A stretch of 64,000 nucleotides of DNA. Source: Candidatus Woesearchaeota archaeon (GTDB lineage Archaea; Nanobdellota; Nanobdellia; Pacearchaeales; GW2011-AR1). Location of the stretch: assembly GCA_964494915.1 (NCBI GenBank), contig CAZBTP010000001.1, forward strand, positions 6,792 to 70,791, written 5' to 3'. Under the pieces are notes generated by a model. It was not told the DNA's origin. It did no database searches and was given only the letters and a program-made list of their open reading frames with translations. Position 1 is the stretch's first letter. Each line of letters opens with the position of its first letter. The position numbers and the translations under genes are program-made. This document shows positions 38,161 to 44,885 of the stretch, one piece after another.

Positions 38161-38277
38161 ATCAAAAAAACTTTGAGTTTTACCACACCTTAAAAGATGT
38201 GGTTTGTTAGTTTTTTGGATGCTCAAGGAACTTCCGCATCTTGAAAGGTGCGGTTTTCGTCAAGTTCCTTGACATAA
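38161..38277. repeat. structured repeat element, copy 1 (two nested hairpins plus ACAUAA tail); second copy at 60690-60807
   Basis: atcaaaaaaactttgagttttaccacacc..gtgg..gctcaaggaact.ccgca.cttgaaaggtgcggttttcgtcaagttccttgacataa is shared with 60690-60807 with about 5 differences, which are positioned to preserve pairing (G-U wobble). Confidence 0.75.
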
Positions 38278-38348
38278 TTAAAAAATCAATTAGTTAGGAC
38301 CTCGTTGCATAAAAGAGCGCCTGTGCTTAAATTGCCGCTGTCTCTTCA
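38277..38348. repeat. 72-bp perfect direct repeat, right copy
   Basis: Identical to 37185-37256. Its reverse complement encodes the C-terminal 19 aa of the Toprim ORF. Confidence 0.9.
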
Positions 38349-38724
38349 TCGTATTATCGAGGTTTTCTACCTTCGTCATAAAGTTATGAATGCCTTCGAT
38401 ATGCGGAATATTTGCTTTGATAAGAATGCCACGGAGTGCTGAATCAATGCGACACCCTAATTCCTGGAGAATTGGTTTGATTGTTTCGTAAAGTTTTCTC
38501 CCTCGTTTGTCAAGATCCGTAAGGATACAGATTTTCTCTTTTTTACCGAGTCCAGCGACAATTTCTTCGATTCTCTCTCTAAGAGGGACAGCTGTTTTGT
38601 GGATTGTATAGACTTTATCGAAACCAAAGAGACGGAGTGCATCCCTATCCTTTTTTCCTTCAACAAGAATAACGTACGCTTTGAAGGATTCAATTTCATT
38701 TCTGAGCCTTTGATTGAATTTCAT
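38290..38724 (-). CDS. small Toprim-domain protein
   Basis: VILVEGKKDRDAL...ICILTDLDKRGRKL matches the Toprim E...DxD pattern. C-terminus encoded inside the 72-bp repeat. Confidence 0.55.
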   Translation of the reverse strand: MKFNQRLRNEIESFKAYVILVEGKKDRDALRLFGFDKVYTIHKTAVPLRERIEEIVAGLGKKEKICILTDLDKRGRKLYETIKPILQELGCRIDSALRGILIKANIPHIEGIHNFMTKVENLDNTMKRQRQFKHRRSFMQRGPN

Positions 38725-38734
38725 GATATTTAAA

Positions 38735-38809
38735 TGGCCCCGAGGGGATTTGAACCCCCGACACCTGGATTAAGAGTCCAGTGCTCTAACCGGGCTGAGC
38801 TACGGAGCC
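38735..38809 (-). tRNA. tRNA-Lys (anticodon CUU)
   Basis: GGCUCCG-UA-GCUCAGCCCGGUUAGAGC-A-CUGGA-CUCUUAA-UCCAG-GUGUC-GGGGGUUCAAAUCCCCU-CGGGGCC-A. Confidence 0.85.
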
Positions 38810-38846
38810 TCACAAGAAGAAATTGAAAGCGATTTAAAAATCTATG

Positions 38847-39152
38847 TCAGCGATACACTCGCCAGGTATGATCGCACTTAGTACACTTATAGAATTTTGT
38901 TTCTGATTCGTCTGAGGAGCGGGTTTGTCGTGTCCAGAAATAACAAGTTTTGTTTTTACATTTAGGACATCTCATTTCGATTATTGGATAGATATTCTCC
39001 CCTTCCTTGATAACGACAACGGTTTCTGTTTTCCCAATTTTTTCCGATGCCTTTATTTTCAGTTTTTTTTGCGATCGGTGTCCACACCGTGCACACACCG
39101 CTTTTTCATCTTTTATAAGGAGCATACCACCGCATTTCTCACAAAATTCCAT
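38847..39152 (-). CDS. tfs: transcription factor S / RNA polymerase subunit M (TFIIS-type zinc ribbon)
   Basis: N-terminal CEKCGG...CARCGH ribbon and C-terminal CPKCKNKTCYFWTRQTRSSDESETKFYKCTKCDHTW. Confidence 0.85.
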   Translation of the reverse strand: MEFCEKCGGMLLIKDEKAVCARCGHRSQKKLKIKASEKIGKTETVVVIKEGENIYPIIEMRCPKCKNKTCYFWTRQTRSSDESETKFYKCTKCDHTWRVYR

Positions 39153-39219
39153 GTTCTTCTAACGAGATAGTACACTAAACTCTTATTTATACTTTTGGAA
39201 TACTGAGAAGTAGTACTCG

Positions 39220-39825
39220 CTACCTACAGAATCCACGTTGTGCAGCCTCACGAAATGGTTCAAAGAATATCAGCTTTATCCAGCCAAGAAGGGGTATTTT
39301 TATGATCGCTTTTCCCATAATTCTTTCAGGCAGGATGTTTGTCTCATCAATGTTCTGGTTATTAGTATTCCCCACAAGCTGTCCTGGGTTGTGATCTCCT
39401 TTTGTTGCTATCGGATCGGTAGTAACAATACGGTGAATAATTGGGTGTCTCGCGTTTGCTTCAGGATTCGCCTCAAAAACAATAACGTCTCCCACAATGT
39501 ACGATGATCTCCCCCATACCACAATAATATCTCCCTTTGTAAATCCGTTTCTTAAACGAAATGTCATAAACTCCTCTTCCGAAATGCCGTTTGTTTTGTA
39601 CCATTCAGCGTTCTTTGTCCACCACATTTCAAACCCTGATTCGTGGTACATGGAACAGGATTCTACAACGACGAGTGGTAAAGGGCTTGCCGTAATAAAG
39701 GAAAGTGTCGGGAAAAAGATAAAGCGTATAAGGACAACAATAAGAATAAGCGAAACGACCCAAGAATGCCAGCTGTCTTTTTTGAGGTAGTTCCAGAATT
39801 GTTGTATTCGTATTTTTAGGGCCAT
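39220..39825 (-). CDS. signal peptidase I, archaeal/Sec11 type (S26)
   Basis: Box B-like VVVESCSMYH, GDIIVV, IIHRIV, KGDHN boxes after an N-terminal TM. Confidence 0.6.
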   Translation of the reverse strand: MALKIRIQQFWNYLKKDSWHSWVVSLILIVVLIRFIFFPTLSFITASPLPLVVVESCSMYHESGFEMWWTKNAEWYKTNGISEEEFMTFRLRNGFTKGDIIVVWGRSSYIVGDVIVFEANPEANARHPIIHRIVTTDPIATKGDHNPGQLVGNTNNQNIDETNILPERIMGKAIIKIPLLGWIKLIFFEPFREAAQRGFCR

Positions 39826-39896
39826 AAGAGAGTATCGACTTAGATATTTATAAACTGTCGCCTCGCTGCACGCCTTTTCATCACCACGAATAAAAA

Positions 39897-39977
39897 TGGG
39901 GCTGCCGGGATTCCCGTAACGAGCTGTGCGAGTGAGGGCACCGCGGAGCTTTGCTCTGCGAGTGCGTGCGAATCCTA
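39897..39977 (-). other. 81-nt 3' trailer of tRNA-Pro ending in an exact 18-nt copy of the tRNA 3' end, followed by oligo-U
   Basis: atggggctgccgggattc occurs at 39895-39912 and 39981-39998. AAAAA at 39892-39896 gives U5 on the minus strand. Internal 10-bp inverted repeat gtgcgaatcc/ggattcgcac. Confidence 0.6.
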
Positions 39978-40051
39978 TGGGGCTGCCGGGATTCGCACCC
40001 GGGTCGCAAACCCCCGAAGCTTGAAGGTTAACTAAACTACCCCACAGCCCC
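39978..40051 (-). tRNA. tRNA-Pro (anticodon CGG)
   Basis: GGGGCUG-UG-GGGU-AGUUUAGUUA-ACCU-U-CAAGC-UUCGGGG-GUUUG-CGAC-CCGGG-UGCGAAU-CCCGG-CAGCCCC-A. The D-loop is atypical, hence moderate confidence. Confidence 0.55.
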
Positions 40052-40082
40052 GTAAGAAAAAGAGATTATTAGAGATTATAAA

Positions 40083-40153
40083 TGCGCTGACCGGGAGTTG
40101 AACCCGGGCGATCACCTTGGGAAGGTGACATCATACCGTTAGATCATCAGCGC
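40083..40153 (-). tRNA. tRNA-Gly (anticodon CCC)
   Basis: GCGCUGA-UG-AUC-UAACGGUAU-GAU-G-UCACC-UUCCCAA-GGUGA-UCGC-CCGGGUUCAACUCCCGG-UCAGCGC-A. Confidence 0.75.
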
Positions 40154-40215
40154 TTGAACACGTATGACCGTCAGTTTTAAATAACTTAGTATATGATAGA
40201 ATTGCTATTTATACA

Positions 40216-41049
40216 ATGGCACGTTTTCATGTACCAGATCTCGAAGAGCTTACTCGCGGCTATAATCCACGTTTTTTTAATGAACTCTGTCGAAAAGGAG
40301 AATGGGTATTACGAAGGCTCGTACAGGATTCTATTGTTACCGATAAGTACGGAACGTTTCGTTCATTAGCCGAAAATCCACGCCAGGCACTCCATCTAAG
40401 CAATCATCGAAGTCAGTATGATCCCTTACAGCAACTATTCACGTTTTGGAAGTACAGGGTAACAATACCAAGAATCGCAGCAGATAAGCACGCGTTTCTG
40501 CCAGGCATTGGAAGAATTTGGCGGCTTTGTGGTGCATTTGAACTTCCGACTGTTCGTAACGATATTAATGCGTTGAGGTCTCTATATTATATTTTTGATC
40601 GATTAGTCAAGGCAGGAGAGAGTATTTTCATGTATCCTGAAGGTAGTAGAAGTACTGATGGTTCTTTAAAAGAATTTCAAAGAGTAGCAATTCGTATTAT
40701 ACACCATCGCGTACAAGCCCATAAGAAAGAGGTGATTGTTGTCCCTCACTATATTACATACGATCATCCCATTGAAGAGAAGTATTTCCCTTATTTATTT
40801 CCTGAACGTTTTCCCGCAACAAAGAGAAAGCTACTTTCTCCAGCACAACGTCAGCGCGTTGAGCTGTATGCGTTTACAAACCGGTTTGTTCAAGGTCTTG
40901 TTGCTCCTCAAGGCGTTGTACTCCACGCCATCGGAAAATCGTTCTCTCTCAGCGAATGTGAAAATGAGGAAGCTGTGTGTAAACATGCCTACAATGCAAT
41001 CGATACTATGAGGCAAGACTATAAAGGAAAATTAGAGTATTGGCCCTAG
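40216..41049 (+). CDS. lysophospholipid/glycerol-phosphate acyltransferase family protein (PlsC-like)
   Basis: HX4D motif HRSQYD and FMYPEGSRS (PEGTR-like) block. Confidence 0.55.
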   Translation: MARFHVPDLEELTRGYNPRFFNELCRKGEWVLRRLVQDSIVTDKYGTFRSLAENPRQALHLSNHRSQYDPLQQLFTFWKYRVTIPRIAADKHAFLPGIGRIWRLCGAFELPTVRNDINALRSLYYIFDRLVKAGESIFMYPEGSRSTDGSLKEFQRVAIRIIHHRVQAHKKEVIVVPHYITYDHPIEEKYFPYLFPERFPATKRKLLSPAQRQRVELYAFTNRFVQGLVAPQGVVLHAIGKSFSLSECENEEAVCKHAYNAIDTMRQDYKGKLEYWP

Positions 41050-41093
41050 GGCTATAGTAGGTTTTATAAACGAATTGTTTTTTAGAGTCGTAA

Positions 41094-41168
41094 GATCGTG
41101 TAGCTCAGCCCGGTTAGAGCACTGCTCTGATAAGGCAGGGGTCCCCGGTTCAAATCCGGGCACGATCA
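41094..41168 (+). tRNA. tRNA-Ile (anticodon GAU)
   Basis: GAUCGUG-UA-GCUCAGCCCGGUUAGAGC-A-CUGCU-CUGAUAA-GGCAG-GGGUC-CCCGGUUCAAAUCCGGG-CACGAUC-A. Confidence 0.85.
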
Positions 41169-41561
41169 TGCATTCTTATCTTTTTTAAAATCAAGCGCGA
41201 GTGAGTTGATGCAATAACGTTCGCCAGTAGGATGTGGTCCATCATGAAAGAGATGACCAAGATGACTGCCACATTTTTTGCAGAGGACTTCTGTTCGAAT
41301 CATGCCATGCGAATAATCAGGTTTTGTTGTTACATTTTTTTTGTTAGAAGAGAAGAAACTTGGCCAGCCGCTACCAGAATCAAATTTTTTCTCTGATGAA
41401 AAGAGTTCTGCGCCACAGGCAGCGCATCGATAGCCACCGTGATCTTTATTGGAAAGAAGTTTCCCTGAAAACGCAGGTTCTGTCGCTTTCTGTCGCAGCG
41501 CTGCGTACTGTTCAGGAGAGAGTTTGTTCTTGAAAAAGGTTTCAGAGATCTTTTTTTTCAT
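41166..41561 (-). CDS. msrB: peptide-methionine (R)-S-oxide reductase
   Basis: Two CxxC pairs ([21 protein letters not shown]) and catalytic RYCINS. Confidence 0.9.
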   Translation of the reverse strand: MKKKISETFFKNKLSPEQYAALRQKATEPAFSGKLLSNKDHGGYRCAACGAELFSSEKKFDSGSGWPSFFSSNKKNVTTKPDYSHGMIRTEVLCKKCGSHLGHLFHDGPHPTGERYCINSLALDFKKDKNA

Positions 41562-41564
41562 TAG

Positions 41565-42245
41565 CTAGTGATTGTTAAACTCAACAAAGAGTTTGTTTTC
41601 TGAAATCATATAGCGTTTCATTGGAAGGTTAACAGGGATTGAGTTCACATAAACCTTCTTGTCACCAATTGCTTTTATTTCATAACCTGATTCAAGTCTC
41701 GAGACAAAGATATCATCGACCGATATGAGACCAGGAGTTGTTAGTTCGTAGACTATTTTATTACCAAGGCGTTTTACTGTTGTCTTTGCTTTTTCCTTTG
41801 GCAATTGAGCCATACGTTCGAGTTGTTCTTCAGAGATCTTTCTTTGTTGAGGCTGGTGTCTGTGTAATGAATTGGTATGGGGCGGTAGTTGACTCGTAAT
41901 CTTTATTCGCACTCCATTAGGGAGTGTTGTTATCTCTGCGTTGGCATCATTGAGCTCACGTTCCATCTCCTTCATTTGTTGTTTAAATTGCTTATCAAAG
42001 GATTTCATAATGCTATTGACAAGTGAATTAAATATTCTATCTGAGATTCCGAATCCTTCCGGAGAAGCAGCCTCATTCTCGGAGAGAGAAGAATCGTCTC
42101 TACCAAGGAGACCATAATCGCGCTGTTCTTTTTGATGATCGATAATAGTGTTCCCACAATATGGGCAGAACTTATAGTCCTGACCTGACAATTCTCCACA
42201 CTGATCACATCGCTTCTTGTTTTTTTTATTGAAAAGCATCGCCAT
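41565..42245 (-). CDS. zinc-ribbon protein with possible Hsp20/alpha-crystallin-like C-terminal domain
   Basis: N-terminal CDQCG...CPYCG ribbon. C-terminal beta-rich region IVYELTTPGLISVDDIFVSRLESGYEIKA...KLFVEF. Confidence 0.35.
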   Translation of the reverse strand: MAMLFNKKNKKRCDQCGELSGQDYKFCPYCGNTIIDHQKEQRDYGLLGRDDSSLSENEAASPEGFGISDRIFNSLVNSIMKSFDKQFKQQMKEMERELNDANAEITTLPNGVRIKITSQLPPHTNSLHRHQPQQRKISEEQLERMAQLPKEKAKTTVKRLGNKIVYELTTPGLISVDDIFVSRLESGYEIKAIGDKKVYVNSIPVNLPMKRYMISENKLFVEFNNH

Positions 42246-42297
42246 ATTAGGAGAGCAGTACTTTTAAACTTTCCGTCGATCCCACGCCATGGTTTTT

Positions 42298-43713
42298 TTA
42301 CGATTTATTCCTAAAGAGTACCCGAAACCAACCCATTTCTGCACGGATTGTTCTGAAAGGATGAGCAATGTGGACATGCATTGGTGGAAGACGTTCGACC
42401 TTGCGAACCTCTTCTACACGTGGAAGGAAGACGAGTGCGACACCAAGCCGAAGGAGCGAGGCTAAGATAAAGATGAGAAAGAATTTATTGAGCGAGAGCG
42501 TATTTGAAGGGAGGACAGAAAGAAGATAACCCCCAAGAATAGCGCCGAAGAAACTGCCAAGCCCAATAAGAACGTTCGTATAAGCGATACAGCGACCGCG
42601 TTTTTCTTGAGAGACAGCATCATAGGTAAAGTTCGTTGATGCGATAATGAATGCTGCGTTCGCAATACCTGCCACGAGTTGCGGTATAACAATCAGGTAG
42701 ATCGGATTCTTAGATATGAGCCAGAGAAGTGGTGTAAAAATAAAACATACGTTCGCGATAACCAGAAGGCGTGCGTTGCCATATCTATCCGAGAACTTGC
42801 CTGCAAGTGGTGTGAAGAGGAGGTAAAAGAGTGAAGAACTCATTGCGACAAGTGTATAGAGGAGATAGTTCTGATTATAGCCAAGTTCTTGGAGCATGTA
42901 GACCGCAAAGAATGGTGATGCGACCATAATTGCGAATTCGAAGAATGCCAAATACACAGAAAACCTTCCGTAATTATCAAAACGTTTTATAAATTGCCAG
43001 AATGAAAAATAGTTTGAACGATGGATCTTGAGCGGTGGTGCATAATGTTTCCGAAAACTTGCGAACGATAACATGCGGAAGAGAAATGCGAGGATAAATA
43101 AGATAAAAAAACCAATCATAATCCCTTCTTGTTCGAAGAAATCAAGGATAAATGCGCCCATAAGAAAGGTCACAAGGCTTACGATACCAGTAACAACATT
43201 TCGTTTGCTGAAATACCGACCACGATCTTTCTCAGGAACAAGATCACCCATCCAAGAATACCAAGCAGGAAATGCAAGTCCATTAAAGATACCAAGAAGC
43301 GTATAAGCGACAATAAGAAACAAGATAAAAAAAGGATTCTTCGTTTTTATATATGCAAAGATTGCAATCGCTGCGAGAACGAGCCACATACACGCATTAA
43401 GGAAAACAGAGGCGAGAACAATCTTTTTCCGTGGACTTCTCGCCATAAGAGAACTCCCCCGAAGTTGTGCGAGAGGTGACGCAAGCGCTGTGATCGCGCT
43501 GAGTAGACCAATATGGATTGGTTGTGCACCAAGTACGTCAGCAAAGGGCGTTATATATGAATCACCAGTTCCTGTTGCAACACTCGCCGCAGCACCTTCG
43601 TCCATACTGCGCCTAAGTGTTTTTTGCTTTTCGTGAACGACTTTGGTTGACGAACCTTTCACGTCTTTTTCAACCTCTTTTATATCAAGAATCTTTTTCG
43701 CTGGATTCTCCAT
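42298..43713 (-). CDS. MFS transporter
   Basis: About 12 predicted TM helices in a 6+6 layout with a cytoplasmic N-terminal extension. Confidence 0.7.
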   Translation of the reverse strand: MENPAKKILDIKEVEKDVKGSSTKVVHEKQKTLRRSMDEGAAASVATGTGDSYITPFADVLGAQPIHIGLLSAITALASPLAQLRGSSLMARSPRKKIVLASVFLNACMWLVLAAIAIFAYIKTKNPFFILFLIVAYTLLGIFNGLAFPAWYSWMGDLVPEKDRGRYFSKRNVVTGIVSLVTFLMGAFILDFFEQEGIMIGFFILFILAFLFRMLSFASFRKHYAPPLKIHRSNYFSFWQFIKRFDNYGRFSVYLAFFEFAIMVASPFFAVYMLQELGYNQNYLLYTLVAMSSSLFYLLFTPLAGKFSDRYGNARLLVIANVCFIFTPLLWLISKNPIYLIVIPQLVAGIANAAFIIASTNFTYDAVSQEKRGRCIAYTNVLIGLGSFFGAILGGYLLSVLPSNTLSLNKFFLIFILASLLRLGVALVFLPRVEEVRKVERLPPMHVHIAHPFRTIRAEMGWFRVLFRNKS

Positions 43714-43744
43714 GACGAGAAATAGAATCGTCGGTTAATAAAGA

Positions 43745-44434
43745 TTACCCAGCATCTAACTCTTTTTTTCTCCCTTTAAGTCGTTCTCTGACTGTTCTTA
43801 CTATCCCAGGTAATAGACTCTGTCCCTTTTCAAGTACATCTGGTTTCTTTCCCAAATATTCAAGATGGAGAATACTAAATGGAACTCCTCTGTAACGTGT
43901 ATCTCTACGTTTTCTTTGAGCATAGAGATGCTCTCCGATAGTGACTCGCGGATTCTCATCACGTTCTATTGGTGTTTGATATTCTATTTTTTCTCCTAAG
44001 AGGTGTAAAGAAAGGTTTCCTGTTTCTCTTTTTATTCTTCTGTTTATATGAATAACCATACCCATATAAAGCAATATGCATGGCTGAGAAACTCTGTCTA
44101 AACGATCAGCAACGCGTCGATAGGCAAGAATAACCTGATCTAATGCGAGCGCTCCTATTTGGGACTGAAACTCAAGAGCTCGGTCAGCATGAAAAGTCGC
44201 TCGTTGTTCTGCTGAGGCAAGTCTCCTTTTTGTTTCTCTGAGCGTTCCTTGATAGCTCGCCTCTACATCACGAAATCCCGCTTCCTGTCCTCTAATAACA
44301 TCCCGATAACGTTGATCGTGTTCATCAAGCCTTCGTTGATATGAGGGTGTCGATTGAATAAACACATCAAGACAACTTGCAGTTGTTCTAGTAAAGTATG
44401 TTACAACACCTCGAAGAAGACCGCGATAATCCAT
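43745..44434 (-). CDS. hypothetical Arg-rich protein
   Basis: 229-aa ORF, no domain recognised. Confidence 0.4.
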   Translation of the reverse strand: MDYRGLLRGVVTYFTRTTASCLDVFIQSTPSYQRRLDEHDQRYRDVIRGQEAGFRDVEASYQGTLRETKRRLASAEQRATFHADRALEFQSQIGALALDQVILAYRRVADRLDRVSQPCILLYMGMVIHINRRIKRETGNLSLHLLGEKIEYQTPIERDENPRVTIGEHLYAQRKRRDTRYRGVPFSILHLEYLGKKPDVLEKGQSLLPGIVRTVRERLKGRKKELDAG

Positions 44435-44465
44435 TATTCATATGACAACCGAAATATTTAAATAG

Positions 44466-44494
44466 TATTGTATACACAGAAAGTGTATACAATA
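44466..44494. promoter_or_regulatory. palindromic operator-like site (12-bp arms, 5-bp spacer) 8 nt upstream of the start codon at 44502
   Basis: tattgtatacac-agaaa-gtgtatacaata is a perfect inverted repeat. Confidence 0.45.
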
Positions 44495-44501
44495 AGGATA
44501 C

Positions 44502-44885
44502 ATGACTATGAAAGACTTGTTTGATGCAAAGATCGTGTGTAAGCAATGTGACGTACAGATGAAACCAATCTACGTCGAAAAGTCTGGTTTTCGTCTGCGA
44601 GCAATTCACTGTCCACACTGCAATGATAAGATTATTCATCCCGGAGATTTACACGATTTAGAGCAGTATAATGGCTTGCGGCAGAAAACGTTCGATGTGA
44701 AATTACGTATGGTAGGAAACAGCCATGCAATCAGTATCCCGAAAGAGATTGTTGATTTTATTAATGAAACACACCAGCGCATGCATAAACAGATGAGCGA
44801 TATGGTACGTTTAGGATTTGAGGATTTTGGAAAGTTGAGCATTACATTTTTTAATGATGCTCAAAAGAGGGGGCGCGAATGGTAA
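44502..44885 (+). CDS. zinc-ribbon plus AbrB/SpoVT-like (swapped-hairpin) small protein, translationally coupled to cdc48
   Basis: CKQCD...CPHCN ribbon. [22 protein letters not shown] resembles AbrB/MazE. Stop overlaps the CDC48 start (ATGG at 44879). Confidence 0.5.
   Translation: MTMKDLFDAKIVCKQCDVQMKPIYVEKSGFRLRAIHCPHCNDKIIHPGDLHDLEQYNGLRQKTFDVKLRMVGNSHAISIPKEIVDFINETHQRMHKQMSDMVRLGFEDFGKLSITFFNDAQKRGREW

Noticed and set aside
39892-40056. Considered SRP RNA or RNase P RNA for the about 160-nt GC-rich structured segment
   Set aside because: It is too short and lacks SRP helix-8 or RNase P conserved motifs. The 3' 74 nt folds as a tRNA-Pro cloverleaf and the rest is best explained as a trailer with a duplicated tRNA 3' end.
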